Shown: positions 38,869 to 50,715 of the stretch, one piece after another | How the letters are laid out: every line of letters starts with the position of its first letter | Numbering within the stretch: position 1 is the stretch's first letter | Source: a bacterium | Lineage (GTDB): Bacteria > Patescibacteriota > Minisyncoccia > Phycocordibacterales > Phycocordibacteraceae | DNA: 64,000 bases | Direction: 5' to 3' | Assembly: GCA_021836725.1 (NCBI GenBank) | Contig: JAKBHL010000011.1 | Location: 94,494 to 158,493 of the forward strand | Notes under the pieces: generated by a model | What the model was told of the DNA's origin: nothing | What the model saw: only the letters and a program-made list of their open reading frames with translations | Databases searched by the model: none | Position numbers and translations under genes: made by a program

Positions 38869-39416
38869 ACAACCGCATCCTGCCGCTCCTCGCGCTTTTT
38901 GTCTCCATCGGTATCTTCTTCGGTTACGTTCATCCGGCCTGGACCGGCGGGATAGCCAGTACGCAAGCCGCTATCGCTTCCGATAACCAGGCACTTGCCG
39001 CGGCAAGCGCCTATGCCGCGCAACAGAACACGCTCATCGCCGCGCGTAACGCGATAGATCCGGCGGATCTCACGCGGCTTGCAACCCTTCTGCCCGATTC
39101 TGTCGACAATGTCGGCATCATCCTCGACCTGAATGCACTCGCCGCGCGTTCCGGGCTCTCGCTTTCCAATATCGACGTCAGGAGCGCAACGAATTCTTCC
39201 GGCGCCGCAGGTGGCGCGGTGCCGTCTTCCGCAAATCCGGTGGGTTCGGTCGATCTCTCCCTTTCCGCGTCCGGGACCTATGCCGCATTCCAGGCGTTTC
39301 TGAGCGGGGTCGAGGCGAGTCAGCGTCTTCTCGATGTCCGCGATCTCCTCGTAAAGGGATCCGATACCGGCATTTATACCTATCAAATGACGCTGCGCCT
39401 CTATTGGCTGCGCTAA
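38865..39416 (+). CDS. PilO-like protein
   Basis: TM, coiled coil, LLPD, GTY..F..FL..VE...RL.DV. Confidence 0.75.
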   Translation: MNNRILPLLALFVSIGIFFGYVHPAWTGGIASTQAAIASDNQALAAASAYAAQQNTLIAARNAIDPADLTRLATLLPDSVDNVGIILDLNALAARSGLSLSNIDVRSATNSSGAAGGAVPSSANPVGSVDLSLSASGTYAAFQAFLSGVEASQRLLDVRDLLVKGSDTGIYTYQMTLRLYWLR

Positions 39417-39421
39417 CCCCT

Positions 39422-39724
39422 ATGAAACTTAATTCCAATACCGTCATCATAATCGTTGTCGCGCTCATCGCCGCGGCGGGCGCGTACTGGTATTTCTTCA
39501 CCGGAACGGGGAATCAGCCGCCGATCTCAGTAAGCACGTCGAAGAGCGAGGCGCAGACGCGTTTCCAGGTTCTCGTCAATGAGCTTCAACCGATCTCCTT
39601 CAATACCAGCATCTTTTCGGACCCGCGTTTCAACGCCCTGGTCGATCTTACGACGCCAATTTCTCCGGAATCCACCGGCCGCTCCGATCCGTTCGCTCCG
39701 ATTGCAGGCGTCAGCGGGATGTGA
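39422..39724 (+). CDS. Small single-TM protein at the PilP position
   Basis: TM helix plus GR.DPF.P motif. Confidence 0.6.
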   Translation: MKLNSNTVIIIVVALIAAAGAYWYFFTGTGNQPPISVSTSKSEAQTRFQVLVNELQPISFNTSIFSDPRFNALVDLTTPISPESTGRSDPFAPIAGVSGM

Positions 39725-39739
39725 GCGGAATAATGAGTA

Positions 39740-41512
39740 ATGAATCTTCTCGGACTGCTTCTTGATAAAGGGCTCCTCTCTTCGACCGACCGAGCGGCAG
39801 TCGAAGCCGCGCTCGCAAAAAAAATCCCTCTGGAGAATGCGCTCGCCGAGCACGGCATCTCTCTCAAAGACGCGCTTGCCGCCGCGGGAGAAGCATATGG
39901 GCTTCCGACGCGCATACTCGGCGATCCTCCCGCAGCCGAAGAAGCGTTCAGCTATATCCCGATAGACTCCGCGCGCCACTACGGATTCGTACCGCTCGAC
40001 GTAGTGGACGGCGCGCTTGAAGTGGGTATCACCGATCCCGACAACATCGAAGCGCTCGACGCGTTGCAGTTCATTTCGGGACAGACCGGCGTTCCCTACA
40101 AGACTTTTCTTATCACGAAACAGGATTTTGACCGCGTATTGAATGCGTACCAAAATCTTTCGGGCGAGATTGGCAGCGCGCTTTCCGAATATGAGACGAC
40201 CACGAAACCCGCTCCTGCTGCCGCGCCCGCCCCGTCCGAATCGGACTCCGCCCTCGACGAAAAGCCGCTGGTCCTCACGGGTGCTCATGAGGTTTTGAAA
40301 GAGGACGCGCCGGTGACAAAAATCGTCTCGACGATATTGCGCTATGCCATTGAGGGACACGCATCCGACATTCACATCGAACCGTCGCCGGGCAAGACGC
40401 GCGTTCGTTTCCGCACCGATGGGGATCTGCACACGTCTTTGGAGCTTCCGGCGAAAATGCACGAAGCGGTGATCGCCCGGGTGAAGATACTCGCGAAGCT
40501 GCGCCTCGACGAGAAAAGAAAGCCGCAGGACGGACGTTTCTCGGCAGTTGTCGAGAAACGCCGTATTGATTTCCGCGTCTCCACCTTTCCGACAGAATTC
40601 GGCGAAAAGGTCGTGATGCGTATTCTCGATCAATCGGCTACCACCGCGTCCCTGGAGTCGATCGGGCTTACCGAGGAGCAGCTCGCCGTAGTCCGCGGCA
40701 TGATGAAAGTCCCGTACGGCATCATCCTCATCGCCGGACCGACCGGTTCGGGAAAATCAACGACGCTTTTCGCGATGCTCTCCGAACTTGATCGCGAGAC
40801 CGCAAACGTCGTCTCGCTCGAAGACCCTGTCGAATACGAGATCCCCGGCGTCGCGCAGAGCCAAGTGCGCCCCGAAATAGGCTATACGTTCGCGAGCGGG
40901 CTCCGTTCCGTCTTGCGCCAGGACCCGGACGTCATCATGGTCGGGGAGATCCGCGATAAAGAGACCGCCGCGCTTGCCGTCCAAGCGGCGCTCACCGGCC
41001 ACCTCGTTTTCTCCACCATCCATACCAATACCGCCGCCGGCGCGATACCGAGGCTCATCGACATGGGCGTCGATCCCTTCCTTGTCGCGCCGACGTTGGT
41101 CGCGGTCATCGGCCAACGCCTTGTGCAAAAACTCTGTACGGGCGCGGGCAAGCCTTTTGCGATTACGGACAGCGTTAAAGAGTTTTTGGATCGGCAATTT
41201 GCGGATCTACCGCAGGAGTACCGCAAAAAATTGCCTCCTTTCAAGGAGTTTTATCACGCCAGCCCGACGGCGGAGTGTCCGAACGGTACGCGCGGGCGCA
41301 TGGCCGTCTTCGAAATACTGCGTATGGACAAGAAGATCGAACAGGTCGTGTTGAAAGCGCCGGTCGAGGAAAATATCTACGCCGCCGCACGCCTGGGCGG
41401 CATGCTCACGATGCGTGAAGACGCCATCGTAAAAGCGCTCGCGGGCGAGATTCCTTTCGAGGAGGTGAATACGCTCGGCGGAGAACTCTTCTCGGCAGGG
41501 GATAGTGCCTGA
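39740..41512 (+). CDS. pilB: Type IV pilus extension ATPase (PilB/GspE)
   Basis: ASDIHIEP, PQDGR, GPTGSGKSTT, EDPVEY, LRQDPDVIMVGEIRD, TGHLVFSTIHTN. Confidence 0.95.
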   Translation: MNLLGLLLDKGLLSSTDRAAVEAALAKKIPLENALAEHGISLKDALAAAGEAYGLPTRILGDPPAAEEAFSYIPIDSARHYGFVPLDVVDGALEVGITDPDNIEALDALQFISGQTGVPYKTFLITKQDFDRVLNAYQNLSGEIGSALSEYETTTKPAPAAAPAPSESDSALDEKPLVLTGAHEVLKEDAPVTKIVSTILRYAIEGHASDIHIEPSPGKTRVRFRTDGDLHTSLELPAKMHEAVIARVKILAKLRLDEKRKPQDGRFSAVVEKRRIDFRVSTFPTEFGEKVVMRILDQSATTASLESIGLTEEQLAVVRGMMKVPYGIILIAGPTGSGKSTTLFAMLSELDRETANVVSLEDPVEYEIPGVAQSQVRPEIGYTFASGLRSVLRQDPDVIMVGEIRDKETAALAVQAALTGHLVFSTIHTNTAAGAIPRLIDMGVDPFLVAPTLVAVIGQRLVQKLCTGAGKPFAITDSVKEFLDRQFADLPQEYRKKLPPFKEFYHASPTAECPNGTRGRMAVFEILRMDKKIEQVVLKAPVEENIYAAARLGGMLTMREDAIVKALAGEIPFEEVNTLGGELFSAGDSA

Positions 41513-41538
41513 TACGCATGCGGTATACTGATTAGCAT

Positions 41539-41946
41539 ATGGCATACCGCGTGTATCTCGTTGACGATGACAGGTTCCTGCTTGATCTCTATGCCGTTAA
41601 GTTCAAGAATGCCGGTCACGAAGTGAGCGCGTTTGGCGGCGGCGAAGATCTCCTCGCTGCGCTGCGCAAAGAAGGCGCGGTCACGCCCGACGCGATCCTG
41701 CTCGACATCATCATGCCCGGCATGAACGGTTTTGAAACGCTTGAAACGATACGAAAGGAAGGTCTCGCAAAGGGTGCGAAGATAATCATCCTCTCAAATC
41801 AAGGCCAAGATTCTGACTTCGAGAAATCAAAAGAACTCGTCGCGGACGGTTACATCATAAAGGCGTCCGCTATCCCTTCCGAAGTGCTTGCAGAGACCGT
41901 GCGCATCATCGAAGCGGGCGCATCCCGCGCGGAAGAGTCCCGTTGA
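41539..41946 (+). CDS. Single-domain response regulator
   Basis: LVDDD, LLDIIMP...G, LSN, YIIK. Confidence 0.92.
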   Translation: MAYRVYLVDDDRFLLDLYAVKFKNAGHEVSAFGGGEDLLAALRKEGAVTPDAILLDIIMPGMNGFETLETIRKEGLAKGAKIIILSNQGQDSDFEKSKELVADGYIIKASAIPSEVLAETVRIIEAGASRAEESR

Positions 41947-41950
41947 TCGT

Positions 41951-43012
41951 ATGGCTGCCGAAAAACGTCTCGAAGAACTTCTCAATATCGTTGTCACCGA
42001 AGGCGGTTCCGACTTGCATCTTTTTGCCGGCGGATCGCCGGTGATTCGCGTTTCCAGCACGTTGATTCCTCTTACTAAGTATCCCGCATTTACCGCCGAG
42101 GAGACCGAAGCGATGCTCAAGAGCATCGTGCCGCCGGAGCGATGGGATTCATTCGAGAAGAATCAGACCATCGACCTGTCCTATGCGTACCGGGCGGACA
42201 TGCGCTTCCGCGTGAACGGCTACCGCGTGCAGGGGGGGACCGCCCTTGCGTTCCGGCTCATACCGCATGCTGTCCGCACGTTTACCGAACTCAATCTGCC
42301 TTCCGTGCTCGAAGTCTTTACGCAGCGCGAACAGGGGTTCTTCCTCGTGGTGGGGCCGGTGGGGCAGGGCAAATCAACGACGCTCGCCGCGATGATAAAC
42401 CGCATCAATGATTCGCGCGCCGAGCACATCCTCACCATCGAGGATCCGGTTGAATACCTTTTTACGCCGAAAAAATCCCTCATCCATCAGCGCGAAGTCC
42501 ATATCGATGCGCCGGATTTCGGCACGGCGCTCCAGAGCGCTTTCCGCGAGGACGTCGACGTGATCATGGTCGGCGAGATGCGCGATTACGAGACCATCTC
42601 TTCGGCGGTGACCGCTGCTGAGACCGGCCACCTGGTCTTTTCCACCCTCCATACCAACAACGCCGCGCAGACCATTGATCGCATCATCGACATGTTCCCG
42701 TCCGAACAGCAGGGGCAGGTTCGGGTGCAGCTGGCCGGTTCTCTCGCGGGTATTTTCTCCCAACGGCTCATTCCGCGGGTGTCCGGCGGGCTTATCCCGG
42801 CATACGAACTCCTGATTAATAACAACGCAGTGGCGAACCTTATCCGGGAAGCGCAGACTCACGAGATAAGCGCGGTCATCCAAACTTCTTCGCAGGAGGG
42901 CATGATCGACCTTGATCGCATGCTTGCGGATCTCGTGCATCGGGGCGAAGTGACAGTCGAGCACGCCTACGAACACGCGATGGATCCGAAAACTTTTGAA
43001 CGCTATCTCTAA
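41951..43012 (+). CDS. pilT: Type IV pilus retraction ATPase
   Basis: SDLHL, GPVGQGKSTTLA, TIEDPVEY, HQREV, AAETGHLVFSTLHTN, ANLIRE. Confidence 0.94.
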   Translation: MAAEKRLEELLNIVVTEGGSDLHLFAGGSPVIRVSSTLIPLTKYPAFTAEETEAMLKSIVPPERWDSFEKNQTIDLSYAYRADMRFRVNGYRVQGGTALAFRLIPHAVRTFTELNLPSVLEVFTQREQGFFLVVGPVGQGKSTTLAAMINRINDSRAEHILTIEDPVEYLFTPKKSLIHQREVHIDAPDFGTALQSAFREDVDVIMVGEMRDYETISSAVTAAETGHLVFSTLHTNNAAQTIDRIIDMFPSEQQGQVRVQLAGSLAGIFSQRLIPRVSGGLIPAYELLINNNAVANLIREAQTHEISAVIQTSSQEGMIDLDRMLADLVHRGEVTVEHAYEHAMDPKTFERYL

Positions 43013-43016
43013 AACT

Positions 43017-44222
43017 ATGCTCTTCAAATACCGAGCGATCGACCAGGACGGGCACGAACGGGAGGGAACCATAGAAGCTCCTTCCCAGGAGGTCGCAGTC
43101 TCTTCGCTTCAGCGGCGCAATCTCATCATATCGGTCATCGAGTCTTCGGAAAAACATTCATTACTGGAGCTTGAAATCCCGATGTTCAACCGGATTTCAA
43201 ACAAAGAAATAGTCATCCTTTCGCGTCAGATATCAACCCTATTTGAAGCGCAGGTCTCCGCGCTGCGCGTCTTCCGCCTCCTCGCCGCCGAAGTCGACAA
43301 TAAAAAACTCGCAACCGTTCTTTCCACAGTCGGCGATGATATCCAGGGCGGAAGCCCGATAAGCAAAGCGCTCGCGCGCCACCCGAAAGTCTTCGCGCCG
43401 TTCTATGTAAACATGGTCCGTGCGGGAGAGGAGTCGGGCAAATTATCGGAAACGTTCATCTACCTCGCCGACTACCTTGACCGCTCCTACGACGTCATGA
43501 GCAAGGCAGAGAATGCGCTCATCTATCCCGCATTCGTCATCGCGGTCTTCTTCGGCGTGATGGCGCTCATGCTCACGCTCGTCATCCCGAAAATAAGCGC
43601 CGTCCTCATCGATTCTGGACAACCTGTGCCGCTCTATACCCGTATTGTCATCGGCTTCTCTGATTTCCTTGTTAACTACGGCATCTTCCTGCTCATCGCG
43701 CTCATCGCGCTCGGTTTCTACGTGTGGCAGCTCGGAAAGACCGAGCGCGGCAAGCTCATTCTCGACGGCCTGAAGATTTCGGTACCCTATGTCGGCGATC
43801 TCTACAAAAAACTCTATCTCGCGCGCATCGCGGACAATTTCTCCACCATGCTCATTTCCGGCGTCTCGGTCGTCCAAGCGCTCGATATCTCGGCGTCCGT
43901 CGTGGGCAATTCCGTCTATGCAAAGATACTTTCTGAAGTGACCGCGGATGTGAAAGGGGGTTCCTCGATATCCGATGCTTTCGGCAAGCACCCGGAGATG
44001 CCGGGCATCATGGTCGCAATGACGAAAGTCGGCGAAGAAACCGGCGAGCTCGGGAAAATCCTCATTACGCTTGCCAAATTCTACAACCGCGAAGTGAATA
44101 ATGCGGTCGACACGCTCGTCGGCCTCATCGAACCGATCATGATCGTCCTTTTGGGCGTGGGCGTGGGTACGCTCTTGGCCGCAGTTTTGCTCCCGATTTA
44201 TAATCTTGCCGGAGCCATATAG
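43017..44222 (+). CDS. pilC: Type IV pilus platform protein (PilC/GspF)
   Basis: GEESGKL, YP, GEETGEL, LIEP. Confidence 0.94.
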   Translation: MLFKYRAIDQDGHEREGTIEAPSQEVAVSSLQRRNLIISVIESSEKHSLLELEIPMFNRISNKEIVILSRQISTLFEAQVSALRVFRLLAAEVDNKKLATVLSTVGDDIQGGSPISKALARHPKVFAPFYVNMVRAGEESGKLSETFIYLADYLDRSYDVMSKAENALIYPAFVIAVFFGVMALMLTLVIPKISAVLIDSGQPVPLYTRIVIGFSDFLVNYGIFLLIALIALGFYVWQLGKTERGKLILDGLKISVPYVGDLYKKLYLARIADNFSTMLISGVSVVQALDISASVVGNSVYAKILSEVTADVKGGSSISDAFGKHPEMPGIMVAMTKVGEETGELGKILITLAKFYNREVNNAVDTLVGLIEPIMIVLLGVGVGTLLAAVLLPIYNLAGAI

Positions 44223-44332
44223 CACGGCCTCAGCCTCGTGCAAAACGGCACTGGAGGGAACTATCCACACCCTCCCCCATATACACGCCCTGCCAGGCGT
44301 ACAATGGTCCTATTAGCCACACACAACATATT

Positions 44333-44788
44333 ATGTACAAAAATCGTTCTCAAGGTTTCACCCTCATCGAACTTCTCGTCGTGATCGCCATCATCGGCAT
44401 CCTCTCGGCGGTCGTGCTCGCTTCGCTCAACACCGCCCGCCAGAAAGGCAACGATGCCGCCATCCAATCCGACCTCTCGACCATCCAGACTCAGGCCGAG
44501 ATCTACTACGGCGGCGCGGGCAACAACAGCTACGGAACAGTGGCCGGTAGCGCTTGCAATACGGCAAGTACGCTCTTTGCCGATGCGACGATCATAAAAG
44601 CGGTCAATGGCGCTCAGAATGCTGCTGGCACCTCCAATCCGCTTGTCTGTGGTAATTCCACTTCGGCCTATGCGGTTGAAGCGAAACTCACCGCTCCGGC
44701 GACAGCGACGTACTGGTGCGTCGACTCGACCGGCACCGCGAAGCAGGAGACTACGGCATCTGCCGCCGGCTTCACGGTCTGTCCGTAA
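44333..44788 (+). CDS. Type IV major pilin, copy 1
   Basis: G^FTLIELLVVIAIIGILSAVVLASL; four Cys; WCVDSTG. Confidence 0.92.
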   Translation: MYKNRSQGFTLIELLVVIAIIGILSAVVLASLNTARQKGNDAAIQSDLSTIQTQAEIYYGGAGNNSYGTVAGSACNTASTLFADATIIKAVNGAQNAAGTSNPLVCGNSTSAYAVEAKLTAPATATYWCVDSTGTAKQETTASAAGFTVCP

Positions 44789-45019
44789 TTTCCCGTCATT
44801 TATCCCAATCAAATAACTTATGAAAGTACAAAGGCAACGCGGTTTCACCCTCATCGAACTTCTCGTCGTGATCGCCATCATCGGCATCCTCTCGGCGGTC
44901 GTGCTCGCTTCGCTCAACACCGCCCGCCAGAAAGGCAACGATGCCGCCATCCAATCCGACCTCTCGACCATCCAGACTCAGGCCGAGATCTACTACGGCG
45001 GCGCGGGCAACAACAGCTA
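44354..45019 (+). repeat. 179-bp exact direct repeat shared by the two pilin genes
   Basis: 44354-44532 equals 44841-45019 base for base. Confidence 0.92.
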
Positions 45020-45272
45020 TGGCGCAGCTCAATCGGCTTCCTGTGCCGCGACGACGGGCACCCTCTGGTCGGATCCGACGATCGTCAAGGCCGTTACAGG
45101 CGCTCAGAACGCCTCGGGTGCGGCTGCAAATGTTGTATGTAATAGCACGGCGACCGCCTATGCGATATCGGCTCAGTTGACAGCAGTAAGCGGTACGTGG
45201 TGGTGCGTCGACTCGACCGGCACGGCGAAGCAAGAAACTGCTGCCCTCGGCACTCTCACGGCCTGTCAGTAA
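44820..45272 (+). CDS. Type IV major pilin, copy 2
   Basis: Same N-terminal region as copy 1; divergent C-terminal half. Confidence 0.92.
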   Translation: MKVQRQRGFTLIELLVVIAIIGILSAVVLASLNTARQKGNDAAIQSDLSTIQTQAEIYYGGAGNNSYGAAQSASCAATTGTLWSDPTIVKAVTGAQNASGAAANVVCNSTATAYAISAQLTAVSGTWWCVDSTGTAKQETAALGTLTACQ

Positions 45273-45292
45273 GTCTTTTCGGTGCGCACGTA

Positions 45293-45321
45293 AGAAGCCC
45301 GCGGCACAGCCGCGGGCTTCT
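45293..45321 (+). terminator. Hairpin after the major pilins
   Basis: agaagcccgcggc-aca-gccgcgggcttct. Confidence 0.6.
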
Positions 45322-45335
45322 GTTATGATGCGTGC

Positions 45336-46097
45336 ATGCTTTTTCTCCTCACGATCCTATTTTTTGCGCTCGGGGCTATCGTGGCAAGTTTCGTCGGAGT
45401 ACTTGTCGCGCGCCTCAATACCGGTCAGAGTTTTCTTATCGGGCGTTCTCGTTGCGACACGTGCGGCGCGCCGCTTTCGCCGTTCTCACTCATTCCGATC
45501 ATCTCATACGTCGCGCTTGGCGCCCGCGCGCGCTGCTGCGGCGCACGCCTCTCATTCTTCGCGCCTCTCATGGAATTGCTCTTGGGAGGGCTTTTCGCAC
45601 TCGCGTATCTCAAGATCGGTTTTACCGCCGCGCTGCCGTTTATGCTTTTTTCGCTCTCGACGCTCCTCGCGCTCGTCCTCTACGACCTTGCTCACCAAAT
45701 ACTCCCGTCCGTGCTCCTCGGAGCATTCGTCCTTGCGAGCGCTTGCGCGGGATTTTTACCAGCGGAGGATATGAGCGCATTCGGCGTCTCGCTCATGGTC
45801 GCCGGCGCGTTTGCGCTCTTTCTGGCGCTCATCAACCTCCTCTCGCGCGGGCGGGCGATGGGGCTCGCCGACGCGCCGTTTGTGTTCGGACTCGCGCTTC
45901 TGACGGGCCCCGCCGCGCCCGCCGGTTTCATCTCATCGTTTTGGATCGGTGCGGTTATAGGGATAATCGTGTTGGCACGGAGACCGCGAGGTTCTAGAAT
46001 GGGAGTTGAGGTACCGTTTGCGCCTTTCCTCGCCGCCGGTTTCCTCCTCATGTACTTTACTCAATGGAACCCTCTCATCATCGCGGCTTTACGCTGA
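45336..46097 (+). CDS. pilD: Prepilin peptidase (A24)
   Basis: RSRCDTC, IP.ISY, YD, MGLAD, PFAPFL. Confidence 0.92.
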   Translation: MLFLLTILFFALGAIVASFVGVLVARLNTGQSFLIGRSRCDTCGAPLSPFSLIPIISYVALGARARCCGARLSFFAPLMELLLGGLFALAYLKIGFTAALPFMLFSLSTLLALVLYDLAHQILPSVLLGAFVLASACAGFLPAEDMSAFGVSLMVAGAFALFLALINLLSRGRAMGLADAPFVFGLALLTGPAAPAGFISSFWIGAVIGIIVLARRPRGSRMGVEVPFAPFLAAGFLLMYFTQWNPLIIAALR

Positions 46098-46729
46098 TCG
46101 AACTTCTGGTCGTGTTGGCGATCATGGTCATCCTCACCGCGGTCGTGCTGACCAGCCAAAGCTCTTTCAATAAGACACTCATCCTTGCGAATACCGCATA
46201 CGATGTGGCGCTCACCCTGCGCAGCGCCGAGACCTATGGCCTGGGCAATCGCGTGGCCGGGACCGTAGAAAACGCAGGATACGGCCTCGATTTCCAAAAA
46301 GCGACGCCGGGTTCCTTCACGCTTTTTGCCGATACGTACCCGCCGCCCTCCTCCACAAGCTGTCACCCGACCACCGACCCGACGGCCCCGAACGCCCGCC
46401 CGGGCGACTGCGTGTATGAGGCGAATCAGGGCGAGAAGGTCACCGGTTATACGCTCGGGAATGGCATTACGGTGAGCGATTTTTGCGCCTATACGCCGAA
46501 CACGCTGTCGTGGTCGTGCGCGAATTCCGGTAATCAGGCGCTCACGGTACTCGATATCATTTTCTCGCGCCCGAATCCCGATCCGTTCATGAGCGTAAAC
46601 GGCGCTTATTCGGCATCGTCTCCGGTAACGCAAGCGTGCCTCACCCTTTCCTCTCCGCAGGGCGGCTCGCGCTTCATTTCAGTCGGCGCGTCGGGAGAGA
46701 TAAACGCGACCGCCACCTCATGCCCATGA
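46064..46729 (+). CDS. Minor pilin (FimT/GspH-like)
   Basis: RG^FTLIELLVV. Confidence 0.85.
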   Translation: MEPSHHRGFTLIELLVVLAIMVILTAVVLTSQSSFNKTLILANTAYDVALTLRSAETYGLGNRVAGTVENAGYGLDFQKATPGSFTLFADTYPPPSSTSCHPTTDPTAPNARPGDCVYEANQGEKVTGYTLGNGITVSDFCAYTPNTLSWSCANSGNQALTVLDIIFSRPNPDPFMSVNGAYSASSPVTQACLTLSSPQGGSRFISVGASGEINATATSCP

Positions 46730-47244
46730 CCCGCTCCAGAGGATACACGCTCATCGAACTCATCGTCGCGATGGGGCTCTTTTCGCTCATCATGCTGCTG
46801 GCTTCGGGCGCCTACCTCATTCTGATAGGCGCCAACCGGCAAGCGCAGGCCATTTCCACCGGTATCGACAATCTTTCTTTCGCTCTTGAAAGCATGACGC
46901 GCAGCATCCGTACCGGCACGAACTATAACTGCGGCGGCCTGGGCGATTGTCCGAGTGGCGCCAGCAGTTTTTCTGTCGTGGACGATAACGGCGCGTCGGT
47001 CACGTATAGCCTTGTCGGATCCGCGATTCAAAAAATGACGGGCAATACGGCGAGCACGCTCACCGACCCGTCAGTGACTATCTCGTCCTTGACGTTCTAT
47101 GCGTTTGGCACGCATCCGGCGCCGACCGATTACCAGCAAGCGCGCGTTACCATCATCGTTTCAGGCACCGTCTCCTCCGGCCCGGGGAAAACGGAACCGT
47201 TTACGATTGAAACCGGCGCGACAATGCGCGGATCCGATATATGA
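46726..47244 (+). CDS. Minor pilin (PilW/GspJ-like)
   Basis: RG^YTLIELIVAM; ATGA coupling to upstream gene. Confidence 0.85.
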   Translation: MTRSRGYTLIELIVAMGLFSLIMLLASGAYLILIGANRQAQAISTGIDNLSFALESMTRSIRTGTNYNCGGLGDCPSGASSFSVVDDNGASVTYSLVGSAIQKMTGNTASTLTDPSVTISSLTFYAFGTHPAPTDYQQARVTIIVSGTVSSGPGKTEPFTIETGATMRGSDI

Positions 47245-48005
47245 AAACATTCCACGAGCCTGAAACTCACCCCGACTCCCCGCTCGGGTATGCGACAGAA
47301 AGGAGTACGCCGTCTTTTTGTGCTCAAAAAGCGGCTCGTACTCGCCCCGTCGGGCTCCGTAAGCCTCTTTCTGCCGCATACCTCTCGCGGGGATGCGAGA
47401 GGTTAGAAGCGGGTCTCGGAGAGCGAAGCCAGCTTCGCGGCTTCACGCTCATCGAAGCCATGATCGCCGTAAGCATCCTCGCGCTTGCGGTCGCGGGGCC
47501 TCTGTTCGGCGCGGATCGCGCTATCGTCGCCGCGGAGGGCGCGCGCTACCAGCTCACCGCTTCCTATCTCGCGCAAGAAGGCGTCGAGTACGTGCGCGCG
47601 ATGCGCGATGATGAGTATCTCCTCGCATATCAGGCGGGCGGCACAAACACCTCAAGCGCCGCCTGGACCGACTTCCTTACCGGAACGGACAGCGCGGCCA
47701 TCACCCAATGCCGTTCAATGACCTGCACGCTCGATCCGGCGCTTCCGATGGGCACCGGAAGCGGATTCTCGCTCAACCCCTGTACCGGCAGCGCCTGCAC
47801 GCCGCTCTATCTCGCAAACAACGGTACTACGAACTACTACACCGAGCAGAGCGGCAATGGCGCGATACTACAGCCGTTCACGCGCACGATACAAGCGTTT
47901 ACGGTCTCTTCCACCGAGGAGCGCATCGTCTCGATCGTGTCGTGGAATTTCCATGGTATCCCGTACACAGTTACGGTGATAGACCACCTTACGTCATGGC
48001 AATGA
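47241..48005 (+). CDS. Minor pilin (PilV-like) with 67-aa leader containing a family A repeat
   Basis: ATG overlaps the upstream TGA; RG^FTLIEAMIAV begins at residue 66; A.YLAQEGVEYVR. Confidence 0.8.
   Translation: MKTFHEPETHPDSPLGYATERSTPSFCAQKAARTRPVGLRKPLSAAYLSRGCERLEAGLGERSQLRGFTLIEAMIAVSILALAVAGPLFGADRAIVAAEGARYQLTASYLAQEGVEYVRAMRDDEYLLAYQAGGTNTSSAAWTDFLTGTDSAAITQCRSMTCTLDPALPMGTGSGFSLNPCTGSACTPLYLANNGTTNYYTEQSGNGAILQPFTRTIQAFTVSSTEERIVSIVSWNFHGIPYTVTVIDHLTSWQ
47277..47393 (-). mobile_element. Repeat family A copy 7 (core only), inside a CDS
   Basis: ctcgggtatgcgacagaaaggagtacgccgtctttttgtgctcaaaaagcggctcgtactcgccccgtcgggctccgtaagcctctttctgccgcatacc is the reverse-complement core. Confidence 0.9.
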
Positions 48006-48516
48006 AAAACAAAAATGGCCCCGCGCACATACGCCCCTCCGCGTCTCGGCGGGGGTTCGCGCTCCTCATGGCTCTCATTTTCATGTCGGTGATGCTGAGC
48101 ATCGGCCTCACGCTCGGCTCCCTCGCGTACAAACAGCAAGTGCTCGCTTCCTCGGCCATCGAATCGCAGTATGCGTTTTATGCTGCCGACAGCGCGCTTG
48201 AATGCGCCCTCTATGCCGATCAGCAGCAGAATCTCTTCGCCTATCCTCCGACTACGCCCTCCTCGGCTCCGCTCATGTCCTGCGGTTCGAGCGCGCCGGT
48301 CTCTGCAACCGTACTCTCCTATACTCCAAGCCAGTGGATTATCGCCACACGCCTTTCGCTCGATTCGGGGAAGCATTGCGCGGACGTAACGGTCTATAAA
48401 CCGGCGCTTAGCAGCGGCACGACCTATCTCTTCTCGCAGGGCTACGACGTTCCGTGCGCCACGGTAGCAAGTCCCGGAGGAACGCGCTTTGTATCCCGCG
48501 GTATCAGCGCCCATTA

Positions 48517-48520
<4 letters not shown>
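48002..48520 (+). CDS. Minor pilin (PilX-like)
   Basis: RRG^FALLMAL without Glu5; S..AFYAADS..ECAL. Confidence 0.82.
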
Positions 48521-50703
<2,183 letters not shown>

Positions 50704-50715
50704 TAAAGTGCGGTG

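Noticed and set aside
44333-45272. Diversity-generating retroelement (template/variable repeat pair) in the pilins
   Set aside because: The shared block is fully identical, differences elsewhere are not limited to adenines, and there is no reverse transcriptase in the window
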